From a virus, in the IMG/VR virus record IMGVR_UViG_3300044614_002195, positions 64,001 to 128,000 of that record: 64,000 bases of DNA, one strand, 5' to 3'. The notes below the pieces were generated by a model. That model saw only the letters and a program-made list of their open reading frames with translations, was not told the DNA's origin and did no database searches. A program made the translations under genes and the position numbers. This document shows, in pieces, positions 1 through 10,585 of this stretch. Numbering within the stretch: position 1 is the first letter of the stretch; every line of letters begins with the position of its first letter.

Positions 1-13
1 TTATAAGCATTTT

Positions 14-682
14 TTGCTATATAGTTGTTTACGTTTAATCGCTGCGACAGTATACTCTGATGATGTTGCAGTTTACGATAACCGCTTAACGTACAGCCTG
101 GATGATTCGATAGAGTATTTCAGATTTTCTAAAATTTTTACACCAGCAATAAGCTCTAACGCTTACGATATAATCGTTACAGGTCAGGTTGAAACCTTAG
201 AGAATATAGAAGAGTCTAAAAATAGCTTTATCGTTAGACAAGTAGGCAACACACCCAGCGTAACAGTTTTCTCAGCTACCCAAAAAAAATATTACAAGGC
301 AGGTAAAATACCTACACAAAAAGCGAAAGACATGGAGATCCCATTAATTTTTCAAGGCAGAAACTCAGCCCAGATACCTGTAGGCGATGTAGGTCTGAAA
401 TTTTCATTTACCGGAGACATGACTAATTTTACTGGTACAGCTAATAAAAATTGGCGCTTTGCTGTGCAAGCTCCATTTAATTTTAAGTTTCAAAAAATAA
501 TGCAAACTTTTAAAATTAGAGAAGACGTAGTGACTAATATGCTGCGTTATGCTGAGGATAAATGCAATTCGACTTACTCTAATTTATGGCTAACGCATTA
601 TAATGACGTATATCGTTTTGCTGGCTTGCTTATGGCTTATGTAGAAAGGGTTAATTCTGTATGGCTGGAAAATCGTGGGTAA
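14..682 (+). CDS. Hypothetical protein, probably structural; likely 5'-truncated by the window edge
   Basis: Frame stays open upstream of the TTG to the window edge; overlaps the next gene at the head of the baseplate module. Confidence 0.6.
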   Translation: MLYSCLRLIAATVYSDDVAVYDNRLTYSLDDSIEYFRFSKIFTPAISSNAYDIIVTGQVETLENIEESKNSFIVRQVGNTPSVTVFSATQKKYYKAGKIPTQKAKDMEIPLIFQGRNSAQIPVGDVGLKFSFTGDMTNFTGTANKNWRFAVQAPFNFKFQKIMQTFKIREDVVTNMLRYAEDKCNSTYSNLWLTHYNDVYRFAGLLMAYVERVNSVWLENRG

Positions 683-2334
683 CTTTAGATGTCACAGGAA
701 TAGACGGAGTTACAATTACAGGCGTAACCATAAATTACGCTGTAGGAAGTATACCTACAGCGATGATAGACTTTGTGCCAGGGACAGCAGGACAGATCGA
801 TGTATCTAAGGCAAGTGCAGGAGTATTACAGGACGTAGAAAGCAAAAAAAGAGACGACGTTAGCATTAATCTCAGTGTACGTACCTACGCCTCGTCAGGC
901 GGCGGCTATACCAGAAAGTTGGAATTCAAGGGTCTTCTTGACGGTATGAATGTCTCCAATTCTGTCGGCCAGAATAGATATCAGGCTGTAGCTAAAGGTA
1001 AAGCTCAAGTACTTAGAGAGCTCACCAAAATTACACCAGGCCTTTATCCTACATCTATCAACATATACAAAAATCCAGGGTATTCGGGCAATACATCAGC
1101 ACAGAAAGGCGACAACCAGGGACATACAGCCCTTAACGGTATGATGCATAAACTGGCAGGAAAAGGTGAGACCCCAGAAAACACAGATCCTATAACGTTC
1201 TATACAGATCTATTAAAGGAATTAATGGAGATGCAGGAAAATGAATGGGAAAAATTTATAGGTACTGAAAAGCTTGTACAGGGAGGTATACCTTTAAAAG
1301 AGGTTTTTGAGTCCCAAGGATACAAAAAAGGACTACAAACAGGTAAGCAGTTTTTTGAAAACAGAGACTTAAGTGCTGTTACCGGAGGCAGCATGATGGG
1401 ACAGGTAAGTAGAAAGGATATCGCCAATGGTATCATGAAGCATTTCATTGAAGGGCCAGATAATATATTAGATAACTATCTCTCATTTTTAGCTGAGATG
1501 AATTGCTCTGTTATATTCGGCAACTCTAAAATGATAGTGGTACCCTCAAACTCTGTACTCAAGCAAGAACTTACACCTCCAGGGGATCAAGAATCTCAGA
1601 CAGAACCCAACAAAGCAGGCCCTGCAGATTACAATGGTTATGTTTACAACGACAACGGCTATAAAGATATCGCACATGTTCTTGTGTTACGTACAGGTGC
1701 TGTTGGAGGATACTCAAACGGTTCAGTTACGAAAGAGAGAATGGTGATAGGGCAATACAGTAATAATGAATCAAAGGCTAGTGGAGTTTTGGCTGTTTAC
1801 GGTAACCCATGGATGGTTACGTTCCCACACACAGCTCAACCTAAAGATGCACAGGAAGTAAAAACCTCTGCAGAGTCAGGTAATGTTTTACCTGCTGGAG
1901 CAAAGGGCAAATCCGGCGGTGAGGGTGAGGCAGCCAAAGGAGAAGCAAGAGAAGATGAAAAGAATAGCTCCTACGAAGAGGAACTCAGTGAGTCTGTAAA
2001 AAATTACGCTGAAACAATGTACTACCACGCTAAGTACTTTGATAGGCAGGGTTCAATAAACCTAGACTTTAACCCGCAGTGGGCACCAGGCACAGGAGGA
2101 TGGCTATACATCAAAGAAGCCAAGACATTCATTTCATTTTATGTGACCAGCGTAACGCACAGAGTAGATATGTCGCCGCCAGCCAACGGAACAGCAATAA
2201 CCACTATCAGTTTCTGTTCAGGTAGGCTAGGGTCAACCCCATCAGGAACATCCGAAGATAAATACCTAGGCTACGACATAGGCAAAGAAAAAGGCGCACA
2301 GCAGTCTTTCATAGGCGACATAGGCGCACAATAA
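661..2334 (+). CDS. Baseplate hub-like protein (late control D / gp27-type)
   Basis: N-terminal beta pattern VTITGVTINYAVGSIPTAMIDF; C-terminal GSINLDFNPQWAPG...FYVTSVTHRV resembles hub C-termini; sits upstream of gp25- and J-like genes. Confidence 0.55.
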   Translation: MAGKSWVTLDVTGIDGVTITGVTINYAVGSIPTAMIDFVPGTAGQIDVSKASAGVLQDVESKKRDDVSINLSVRTYASSGGGYTRKLEFKGLLDGMNVSNSVGQNRYQAVAKGKAQVLRELTKITPGLYPTSINIYKNPGYSGNTSAQKGDNQGHTALNGMMHKLAGKGETPENTDPITFYTDLLKELMEMQENEWEKFIGTEKLVQGGIPLKEVFESQGYKKGLQTGKQFFENRDLSAVTGGSMMGQVSRKDIANGIMKHFIEGPDNILDNYLSFLAEMNCSVIFGNSKMIVVPSNSVLKQELTPPGDQESQTEPNKAGPADYNGYVYNDNGYKDIAHVLVLRTGAVGGYSNGSVTKERMVIGQYSNNESKASGVLAVYGNPWMVTFPHTAQPKDAQEVKTSAESGNVLPAGAKGKSGGEGEAAKGEAREDEKNSSYEEELSESVKNYAETMYYHAKYFDRQGSINLDFNPQWAPGTGGWLYIKEAKTFISFYVTSVTHRVDMSPPANGTAITTISFCSGRLGSTPSGTSEDKYLGYDIGKEKGAQQSFIGDIGAQ

Positions 2335-2349
2335 CTAGATACTATTTAT

Positions 2350-2982
2350 ATGAACGACGTAGAAAAATTAATAAAAGAAAATAAAAAATTAATAGATCTT
2401 GAAGCCTCTAGATATGCAACAAATCTACCGCTGATAACTGTGCAGATTGAGGCCTATAAGCTTGCTCGTGAAGCTGCTAAAACATACAATCCTGCTGCAG
2501 GCTTTAAGTTCAGTACGCACCTTGTAAACAGTCTAAAGAAATTATCTAGACTATCGACGCAATATGGAAACGTATTAAGGGTACCTGAAAATGTGCAGTT
2601 TGGAGTAAATAAAGTTCAAAAGGTGGAAAAAGATTTGGAGCATACATTAGGAAGATCTCCGACACTTGAAGAAATTTCTCATCATTCTGGATTTTCTCCA
2701 AAAGCAGTCACGAACATGCTTAGCACAAGAAAAACGTCTACAGGCATATCCTCAATGTTTGAAGCACCAGCTTTGTTTGATAGCTCCAATGACGAATGGG
2801 TGCAATTTGTGTATCATGATTTATCTGATACAGATAAGCTAATATTTGAGCACAAAACAGGGTTCAGTGGTAAGCAAATACTAGACAATAGTGCGTTATC
2901 TAAAAAATTAAATTTGTCCCCAAGCACTTTAAATAATAGAATAAAGTTAATAAATACAACTTTATCGAAAGGCTGGAAGTAA
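2350..2982 (+). CDS. Phage sigma-70-family RNA polymerase sigma factor (regions 2-4)
   Basis: Region 2-like AREAAKTYNPAAGFKFSTHL, region 3-like VRVP/LEHTLGRSPTLEEIS pattern (LRVPENV...LGRSPTLEEIS), region 4 HTH LSDTDKLIF...LSKKLNLSPSTLNNRI. Confidence 0.8.
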   Translation: MNDVEKLIKENKKLIDLEASRYATNLPLITVQIEAYKLAREAAKTYNPAAGFKFSTHLVNSLKKLSRLSTQYGNVLRVPENVQFGVNKVQKVEKDLEHTLGRSPTLEEISHHSGFSPKAVTNMLSTRKTSTGISSMFEAPALFDSSNDEWVQFVYHDLSDTDKLIFEHKTGFSGKQILDNSALSKKLNLSPSTLNNRIKLINTTLSKGWK

Positions 2983-3404
2983 TGAGCACTAAAAAAGAAT
3001 TAAAAGATTTAGTTAAGGCAATATCAAAATGGGCCGAAGAAGGCATTCCTCCTGCCCGCTTAGGTAACGACGCGTCTACACCTAGACCCTGGTACTGCAA
3101 GACTAATGAGTATGAAAAGTCTTTTAAACTTGAGGATTTAAAAACCGAAACAGATAGAGAAGAATTAAATAATAAGTACGTCGAAAGGTTTCATGAAATA
3201 GATCCTAAGTCTAGAAAGGGAATAAGTGCTCTCAAGTCTGAGATATCTGCACTATATAGTTATCAAAAATGCTTTACGCAAAGATACAAAGGCAGGATGC
3301 ATTTTTACCGAGATGATTTATCGCAAAAAGGCAAGAGAACAGGGCACGCTTACGGGCGAGGCGCAAAGCGATTTGAAGGTTTTAAAAGCCAGCTAGACTC
3401 ATAA
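2982..3404 (+). CDS. Hypothetical basic protein
   Basis: 140-aa ORF coupled to the sigma gene by a TAATG overlap. Confidence 0.6.
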   Translation: MSTKKELKDLVKAISKWAEEGIPPARLGNDASTPRPWYCKTNEYEKSFKLEDLKTETDREELNNKYVERFHEIDPKSRKGISALKSEISALYSYQKCFTQRYKGRMHFYRDDLSQKGKRTGHAYGRGAKRFEGFKSQLDS

Positions 3405-3409
3405 TTCTT

Positions 3410-3892
3410 ATGCCGGTAAATTCAATAATATCAGACTATACTGGCCGAAAGAAAGATCTGAGCATCCTTCAAAACCCTGACGCTTCGCTAGTAGGAGCAC
3501 AGACAGTTACCCCTTCGTTTGGTGCTCCTAGTAGATTTTGTGCAGGTATACAAAAATTAATACAGCGCTATGCTATAATACTTCTCACAAACCTAGAGTC
3601 ACAGCAAAACTATCCAGAATTTGGTACGCGTTTCATAGCAACCTTAAGTACAAATAGCAGTATAGATAGAATATTAGCCAGACAAATATTCACACTCGCA
3701 AACGCCATAGCCGTCAAAACATTGCAAAATTATCAGATAAAGAATAAAAATATTCCTAACGACGAGCGCATAGATAGCGCGACTTTAAGAAATATTGTTG
3801 TAGTGCCTAGCCTGGGATCTGTTTCTTTTGACATTGCCATAACTTCCGAGGCAGGACAAACCGTAGACTTTTTATTACCTTTACCTAAATAA
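3410..3892 (+). CDS. Baseplate wedge protein, gp25/GpW-like
   Basis: GIQKLIQRYAIILLT...YPEFGT and C-terminal ERIDSATLRNI...SFDIAITSEAG pattern; directly upstream of the J-like gene. Confidence 0.6.
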   Translation: MPVNSIISDYTGRKKDLSILQNPDASLVGAQTVTPSFGAPSRFCAGIQKLIQRYAIILLTNLESQQNYPEFGTRFIATLSTNSSIDRILARQIFTLANAIAVKTLQNYQIKNKNIPNDERIDSATLRNIVVVPSLGSVSFDIAITSEAGQTVDFLLPLPK

Positions 3893-3896
3893 ATTT

Positions 3897-5558
3897 ATGG
3901 CAGAAACAATACAAACAACAGCGTCTAGACTAGAGGCTTTCATAGCACAGAATTATACAGATGTAGAGACTGGCCCAGGCTCAGTAATCAACGAATTACT
4001 CATCAAATTAGCTGCGTCTATACAGAACGAGCAGTATAATAAGATTAACGAGCTTTCACAGTCTTATACCTTTAATAACGCATTAGCGTCCACAACAGAT
4101 ACTTATTCTCCTGTGATTGATGCAGTGGCCTCTAATTATAATACGGTAAGAGCCCAGGGTAATTATGTACGAGGAAAAATAAAAGTCACGGTAAGTTCTG
4201 GAGGCATGTTTGCTTTTCAGCAAAGCTCTCTAATATTCACAGATGTCTCTTTAGGTTTAAACTTTATATTAGAACAAGCTGTACGTGTGAATGTCACACC
4301 CATAGCTGCCCTTAATGAAGGCCAAGTTTACAGCACTGAAAACGGGATGTTCTATTATATTCTTCCAGTTATTGCCGAGCAGCCAGGCACAAAATACCAA
4401 TTAAACGCAGGCTCAAAGTTTTCTATAGGGGCTAAAAATTACATAGCGGGGTTTGTATCGGCTGAAGCTTATGGCAATTTCTCTTCAGGTAGCGACACCG
4501 AAACAGACAAACAATTAATTTCTAGAATAAAAACAACCTTAGGTAATTCAAGAGTCGAATCGGCTGCAGGAATATATAATAAATTCAAGGAGAGCTTTCC
4601 AGGGTTTCAAACACTCTCTGTTTGCGGAGCAAACGATCCAGAATTACTTAGAGCAAAACAAAACGCGCTAGGTATATCTACATTTGGAAAGGCTGACGTG
4701 TATGTGCGCTCCAGCCTTGGGTTAGAAACAAAAAAAATTATCAAGAAAGCTAAAAAAATTTCAAGCAACTTGTGGCGTATAGCCATGCTTAATACGGACG
4801 TTCCTGGTTTTTATCGCATACGCTCCATATTGCCTGTAGTCTCTAACGTAAACTTAGGAGGAACTTTAAATCCTTCTGCATTAAAATATGGTTATAGCGT
4901 TTACTTAGATAAAAGAAACAACGAGATTACCAGCTATAATTCTAGAAATGGTGTAGTTGACGATCGTCAGGCAATACAGAATGCCCGATTCACAAAATAT
5001 CAAACCGCCTCTTTTGAGTTTGCGGCAGAATATTTTCCAGATGTGCTAGTAAACAACACAGCAGATTTTGAGGTTGAAGTCATATATCAGCCATTTATAG
5101 CAGAAATGCAGGATCTATTATTATCTGAAAATAACAGGCTTGCTTGCGCTGATTATTTGGTGAGAGCTGTAACTCCATGCGAAGTATCTTTAAATATCAA
5201 GCTATTAAAAAAACGGCCAATCGACACCTATTCTTCCTTAAACCTAGGAGGACTAAAGGCAGATATTTTTAAATATATAAACACAATACCTTTTGGCGAA
5301 GATTTACAAGCTTCAAGTATAGTAGATATATGTCATAACTACGGCATTAAAAGGGTCGACCTACCAATCAAAATGTCCGGATTGATTCTGTCCCCTGACG
5401 GTACAAATATAGAACTTAACGGAGAGGACGTTTTATCTCTACCTAATTTACCGCATAAAGGAGTTACGCCAAAAACTACATTATACTTTGTAGACTATTA
5501 CAGGCAAGTAGCAGGAGAAATACAGCCTATAGATAATATAGGTCTAAGCATTGCCTAA
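3897..5558 (+). CDS. Baseplate J-like / gp6-type wedge protein
   Basis: DVETGPGSVINELLI, GSDTETDKQLISRI and SVCGANDPELLR motifs typical of J-like proteins; size and synteny fit. Confidence 0.75.
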   Translation: MAETIQTTASRLEAFIAQNYTDVETGPGSVINELLIKLAASIQNEQYNKINELSQSYTFNNALASTTDTYSPVIDAVASNYNTVRAQGNYVRGKIKVTVSSGGMFAFQQSSLIFTDVSLGLNFILEQAVRVNVTPIAALNEGQVYSTENGMFYYILPVIAEQPGTKYQLNAGSKFSIGAKNYIAGFVSAEAYGNFSSGSDTETDKQLISRIKTTLGNSRVESAAGIYNKFKESFPGFQTLSVCGANDPELLRAKQNALGISTFGKADVYVRSSLGLETKKIIKKAKKISSNLWRIAMLNTDVPGFYRIRSILPVVSNVNLGGTLNPSALKYGYSVYLDKRNNEITSYNSRNGVVDDRQAIQNARFTKYQTASFEFAAEYFPDVLVNNTADFEVEVIYQPFIAEMQDLLLSENNRLACADYLVRAVTPCEVSLNIKLLKKRPIDTYSSLNLGGLKADIFKYINTIPFGEDLQASSIVDICHNYGIKRVDLPIKMSGLILSPDGTNIELNGEDVLSLPNLPHKGVTPKTTLYFVDYYRQVAGEIQPIDNIGLSIA

Positions 5559-5562
5559 TCTT

Positions 5563-7578
5563 ATGAGTGTAGAATTTATAACAAAAAATTATCCAGCCAA
5601 TGACGTCACAGACGGACAATTTCTGTACAGATCGCTGGGCTCTTTTTGGACGTATATTTTTTCAGATAAAAATCTACTCAAAGGTTATACAACAGGTATG
5701 GCCGAAGAACTGATTCAGGCATATTACACACTCACGGAAGTTATCAACCAGTATTCAGTAAAAGATGTGCCTATACTGCATAAAGAAAAATGGTACCCTT
5801 TAAAAATAAAAAAATCTGAGTTTAATAAAACTAAGTTTATATTCGAACCAGGCGGCGCGGTGTTCGGTCCACAATCCAACGAAGATGAGTTTTATCCGAA
5901 CGCCCTGTTCAGGTTTGGTTATCCTAAAGAAACGTCAGGTACTGTTTACAGCTTTCAGCCGTCAGATGAATTAAAGAAATTTGGAGCTATATCCAATAAG
6001 ATCATAGCTCCTTCGTTATTACTTCTACCTGGGGTAGATGTAATTGTTAACGGCTCAACATTATTCTTTAACTTAGACTTATTTAATCACCCTAATATTC
6101 CAAAAGTTAAATTAGTTGAAGATCTGGGGGAGTACAAAACGTATACAGACAGTGAAGGCAACACCGTCATTGACGAGTATATTGTTCTATGGGTTTATAA
6201 CGCAGAGATAGACAATAAGCAGTTATACCAAAATTTTGGAGTACTGTTTGATATAAATATGCCTTCAAATGAAGCTTATAAATCTCTGCTAAAGACTATG
6301 ATGAACATGGCTGTTGAGGGGCCCACAATGGCTGCACTAAAAGCAGCGTTTGCTTCACTGGCAGGCATACCATTCATCATCGAATCTGAAGAAACTATCG
6401 AGGATATATACTCTGATGAAAAAAACACCTATATTATCACAGATAGTCACGTTTATAAGGTAGAAATTGACAGGCCTTTAAGTCGCAATGCACGTATAGC
6501 CGCAAAGCTGTATGCTGGAGATATACTAACTGACGATGTTAAATTATTAGACACCGTCACCTCAGGAGATTGGTGGAGTCGAGAGATAGAGTCTAGTAAA
6601 CTAGGCTTTTCTTCTCATATATTTTTAGCAGATATTAAAAAACAACTCTTTTTTGAAAATGGTGCCGCTTTAATAACTTACAGGCGAGGCAAATTAAACT
6701 TTCCAGTTATGGGAGATAGTAAAGATATCCAAGCTTTCAATGACTATATAAATATTCCTGTGAATAGGGTAAACATCATTGATTCGCTAGGGCTATACGA
6801 TCAACTGCCAATAACTATAGAAGATGAAACAATTTTAGATATACGTAAAGGTCCTGGATTTGAGCAGTATATAATTACAGACCATAACGCTTATCTTATA
6901 CCCAAAGACAGGATACTCATACCTTCTGTAGCTTTGCAGACTAAAATAGCAAAAGGCACAACCATCGTCGAATTACATCCAGAAGAATTAGTGGAAGATT
7001 TATACCCCCTTGGAGAAGCCAGGGTTTTAAATATCAACCCAGTAGATTTTGTTTTTAAAACGCTAATTAAAAACAATACAGCCTTACTTAAGTTAAAATT
7101 TTATTCAGAACCGCAGCTGAATCTATTCTTTAAACTGCTACCACTATTGCGCACATATTTACCTCCCCATGTATATGTACTAGTCTACATGAACTATAAC
7201 TTACCTACAGAAGTTTGGGAAAATTTTAACCTAGGCTTAACCATACTAGATTTCCCAGGACAGAAATTCAGTTTAGATGGATCAACAAAAACAGGGGAAA
7301 GACCAGGAAGCCTAGAGGACGGAAAATATTATAAAGATTATAAAAATCGATTATTTTGCGTATCTGTAAGTCCTCAAAAAGACGGTCTACCTCTTCATGA
7401 CAATGCGAACATAGATACGCTTAATGTAGACAATTCGAACAACCCAAGCTCTTCACCTGGAATAAAGTGCGGTATGTTGCGTACAGAGATTCCTTCCCAG
7501 GTAACACCTCCAGGACAAACAACAGCCAGACGCCCATCTACCAGAGAAATTCAGTCTATCTTATTAATCGACTTTTAG
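5563..7578 (+). CDS. Baseplate wedge subunit (gp7/P2 I-like position)
   Basis: Follows the J-like gene; GPTMAALKAAFASLAGIP and LLRTYLPPHVYV resemble wedge subunit motifs. ATG 5563 preferred over TTG 5551. Confidence 0.45.
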   Translation: MSVEFITKNYPANDVTDGQFLYRSLGSFWTYIFSDKNLLKGYTTGMAEELIQAYYTLTEVINQYSVKDVPILHKEKWYPLKIKKSEFNKTKFIFEPGGAVFGPQSNEDEFYPNALFRFGYPKETSGTVYSFQPSDELKKFGAISNKIIAPSLLLLPGVDVIVNGSTLFFNLDLFNHPNIPKVKLVEDLGEYKTYTDSEGNTVIDEYIVLWVYNAEIDNKQLYQNFGVLFDINMPSNEAYKSLLKTMMNMAVEGPTMAALKAAFASLAGIPFIIESEETIEDIYSDEKNTYIITDSHVYKVEIDRPLSRNARIAAKLYAGDILTDDVKLLDTVTSGDWWSREIESSKLGFSSHIFLADIKKQLFFENGAALITYRRGKLNFPVMGDSKDIQAFNDYINIPVNRVNIIDSLGLYDQLPITIEDETILDIRKGPGFEQYIITDHNAYLIPKDRILIPSVALQTKIAKGTTIVELHPEELVEDLYPLGEARVLNINPVDFVFKTLIKNNTALLKLKFYSEPQLNLFFKLLPLLRTYLPPHVYVLVYMNYNLPTEVWENFNLGLTILDFPGQKFSLDGSTKTGERPGSLEDGKYYKDYKNRLFCVSVSPQKDGLPLHDNANIDTLNVDNSNNPSSSPGIKCGMLRTEIPSQVTPPGQTTARRPSTREIQSILLIDF

Positions 7579-7602
7579 CTTAAAAACAATATAATGTAAT
7601 CT

Positions 7603-8181
7603 ATGTTAACTACAGAAAATATGAACATCAGCAACTCTTTAGAAGGGTTTATAAAGATATGGCAGACCGACCCAAAGTCTGGAGAAATAAAGCTGCTGGT
7701 AGACAAGCGCAACCTTATCCTTAAAGGTGGAGCAAAAATAATTGCTAGCGCGCTAGGAGGTAACGTTGACTCTAAAATATGGGGTATGTATATAGGCTAT
7801 AGTAATGATCCTAATTTCGATTTAGTTACTGACGCTCCGGCTATTGACGTAGATTACTCTAACAGGTTTATTAACTTTGAATCTCCTTTAGGTTTTTTAA
7901 GAGAACAGTTAACTTTTTCTCCAACATATATGTCCACAGCAGGTTACGAAAGTAACACTGTATTATTTTCAACCATGATTACCTCTGCAACCAGTGCAGG
8001 AGGAGCTGAGTTTAACACAGACAGCCAGATCTATGAAGTTGCCTTAATTTCAGCGGCAGATCCCACGGCAGCTTTATACGATACGGTTTTCTCTAGAACA
8101 AATTTTAATCCGGTGCAATACAACTCCAACTATAACTTTACTATTACTTGGGGTATACGTATATTAGTACCTTCAGCTTAA
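7603..8181 (+). CDS. Baseplate-peripheral / tail-collar-like fibre anchor protein
   Basis: NLILKGGAKII...IYEVALI...FSRTNF...FTITWGIRI matches the pattern of phage tail-collar type domains. Confidence 0.45.
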   Translation: MLTTENMNISNSLEGFIKIWQTDPKSGEIKLLVDKRNLILKGGAKIIASALGGNVDSKIWGMYIGYSNDPNFDLVTDAPAIDVDYSNRFINFESPLGFLREQLTFSPTYMSTAGYESNTVLFSTMITSATSAGGAEFNTDSQIYEVALISAADPTAALYDTVFSRTNFNPVQYNSNYNFTITWGIRILVPSA

Positions 8182-8187
8182 TAACTT

Positions 8188-10575
8188 ATGAGTATTACAC
8201 CATGGCTTCCAGCGGTCAGAAAAATTAAAGACGGTGAACCTGTAGATCAAGCTACAGTCAACGTACCTATAGACCAGCTCACACAGAGAGAGCAGCATCT
8301 CTATGAGAAATTTAACGATATTCTAAATAAGTCAGTGCTCGTAAGCTTCAATCAGCCTATTCACCCACAAGAATCTCTGGGTGCCAACGAGCTCAGTATA
8401 GTTTATTATAAAAAAGATTTATTTGGTGAAGGTGTGGCAAAGGGTGTAACTGGCTTTACTTCCAGCAAAGCCTCTTCCATGTTTAAACCCAAAGAGTCCA
8501 ACTATGCTTTTGGTCTTTTAAAAAATATCTATACTGAAAGCTCCACCGTGGACATTTTTACTGAAGGTTTGTGTGAATTGCCTGTGGATTTAGACGACGA
8601 AACTCGCGGAGCAATTAAAGATGAGACGTTCGAGGTAGGTCCTTACTTCCTATCCCCGAAGCATCCGGGCAAGATCACAAAAGATCCTTCAGGCATTCCT
8701 GTATATGTAGGATACGCTATAAGTAAAAGAAAATTTTTATTACACACTAATGTAGATGAATTTTCTCAGTTCTTTATAAACTATAGGTACCACTTACTGG
8801 ATAGAGTCGCAGGAGAGCCTGTATTAAGCGATAATACATGGACAATTAACGTTAAGGATTACACAGATCCTCCTAGCTACGTTCAATTCTCAGGAGCTAA
8901 TAATAACGTAACCGTTGCGAACACATCTTCCAGTTATGTAGGTATTCCCGCTAAAAGTAAATTTGCGGATGTGTATACAGTAACTGTAACCACCGCAGGT
9001 AACACTTCGACGGTAAGATTTTCAATAGCCTCGGCCAACGGAGCCTTTTTAACCAAGTTTGACCAAGCATTACAATCTAGTGTTTTAGTTTTAGATACAG
9101 CCAACGGAAACAATATCAGACTAAACTTCACCGGGTCCACTAGTTTTACGGTAGATAGCCAGTGGACATTGCGTGTCAGTGCTAGGCCGAATAAATTAGG
9201 CTGGGTACCGGCCAGCGCCGCCGCCGCAATCCCTCCAGCTGGCGCAGTTTTTTATTATAATATACCTAATCTCACCGACATAGACTCGGATTCCGGTCTT
9301 GATTACGACCTGGATTCAAACGACGAAAAAATAGAGTATGAAAAAAATGAGGCGATCGAACTCAGGAAGTATATTCCTCCTGTGCCTGCTAATTTCATAC
9401 AGCTCTATGTCGATGGCTCTCTGGTTAGATATAATGACACCTTTGATACTGAAGGTTTATTTTCGGTTAACGAGTACGGCTTGTGGTGGCACAGTGCAAA
9501 TGATGGAGAGCAACCATGGGATTCTAATTATCCCCAGGGGGCATTAGGGGCACCATACAAGTGGAGAGATAGTATAAAACCCAGCTTAACTAGAAAAAGA
9601 ATTTTTGCCAGTTTTTCAAAGTTTAACCCGGCTTTACGTACTCAGCTGGTCAGCTCTTTAACTCCGTTCAATACTGTAGATAATAAAGCTGCAAACTTTA
9701 TAAAATTCTATAGCTCTGACAACCCTGATCAAACAGCCGGCACTGGAGATCTTTTAGTAGATATTTTAGCTCCAGTAAATTTGGTCGGCTATAAGTCCAC
9801 AGTACTAGATCCTCAAGACTTAACGGACGACTTCGTGTATCCGGGAGAATCCTTCACAGGAGAAGCCTCAAGATCTTCATCTTTTTCCGCAGGCAGAGCA
9901 GTAGCCGCAATAAAATACTCCAAACCTGATGGAGCGTTTAAAGTGGCGTTGACTTCAGTAGTTTCAAAGCTAGAAGGAACAGGAGGAATAACGGTCACAC
10001 CTAACCCCTTAACTGGCGCATATACTATCAGTTATATGTCTGAAGGATATGTAGGTCAGGTTGATTCCATAGAACCAATTAATGCAAGACTTGAGTTTCG
10101 AGGGCTTTCTTCTTACATAAAGTTACCTACACCGTCTACGACGCCATACGGGCTGATAGGTAAAATTGTAGTACCAAAGGGATATATTAATAACAAACCT
10201 CTCAGGGTAATTTTTCACCTTTTTGGAGATTCAGCTATAACTGAAAATGCTGTGGCTAGGAATGTGGCGTTTAGCTTTGAGTATTCAGCAATATCTGCAG
10301 CCAATTCAGCAAACCCTTCAAACTACAATGTGGTAGACACCTCAACTTATGCTCCAAGCATTAATCCTGTTGAGTTTGAGCTGCAGCCTACGACTCAAAG
10401 CTACACCAGCTACACATCCAGGAAAATCTCCGATAATTTTATAATTCCTGCAAACTTTATGCGAGAGGACTCTGTGGTTAACTTTAAGATACAGCGAGTA
10501 TCAGTATCTTCTGGAGCACAGAGCTACACAGGTAATATAGGTGTATTAGGAATTTACTGGGAAGTTATTAACTAG
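8188..10575 (+). CDS. Tail fibre-like structural protein
   Basis: N-terminal DGEPVDQATVNVPIDQLTQREQHL resembles fibre attachment segments; beta-rich body; synteny. Confidence 0.45.
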   Translation: MSITPWLPAVRKIKDGEPVDQATVNVPIDQLTQREQHLYEKFNDILNKSVLVSFNQPIHPQESLGANELSIVYYKKDLFGEGVAKGVTGFTSSKASSMFKPKESNYAFGLLKNIYTESSTVDIFTEGLCELPVDLDDETRGAIKDETFEVGPYFLSPKHPGKITKDPSGIPVYVGYAISKRKFLLHTNVDEFSQFFINYRYHLLDRVAGEPVLSDNTWTINVKDYTDPPSYVQFSGANNNVTVANTSSSYVGIPAKSKFADVYTVTVTTAGNTSTVRFSIASANGAFLTKFDQALQSSVLVLDTANGNNIRLNFTGSTSFTVDSQWTLRVSARPNKLGWVPASAAAAIPPAGAVFYYNIPNLTDIDSDSGLDYDLDSNDEKIEYEKNEAIELRKYIPPVPANFIQLYVDGSLVRYNDTFDTEGLFSVNEYGLWWHSANDGEQPWDSNYPQGALGAPYKWRDSIKPSLTRKRIFASFSKFNPALRTQLVSSLTPFNTVDNKAANFIKFYSSDNPDQTAGTGDLLVDILAPVNLVGYKSTVLDPQDLTDDFVYPGESFTGEASRSSSFSAGRAVAAIKYSKPDGAFKVALTSVVSKLEGTGGITVTPNPLTGAYTISYMSEGYVGQVDSIEPINARLEFRGLSSYIKLPTPSTTPYGLIGKIVVPKGYINNKPLRVIFHLFGDSAITENAVARNVAFSFEYSAISAANSANPSNYNVVDTSTYAPSINPVEFELQPTTQSYTSYTSRKISDNFIIPANFMREDSVVNFKIQRVSVSSGAQSYTGNIGVLGIYWEVIN

Positions 10576-10585
10576 ATATTAAATT

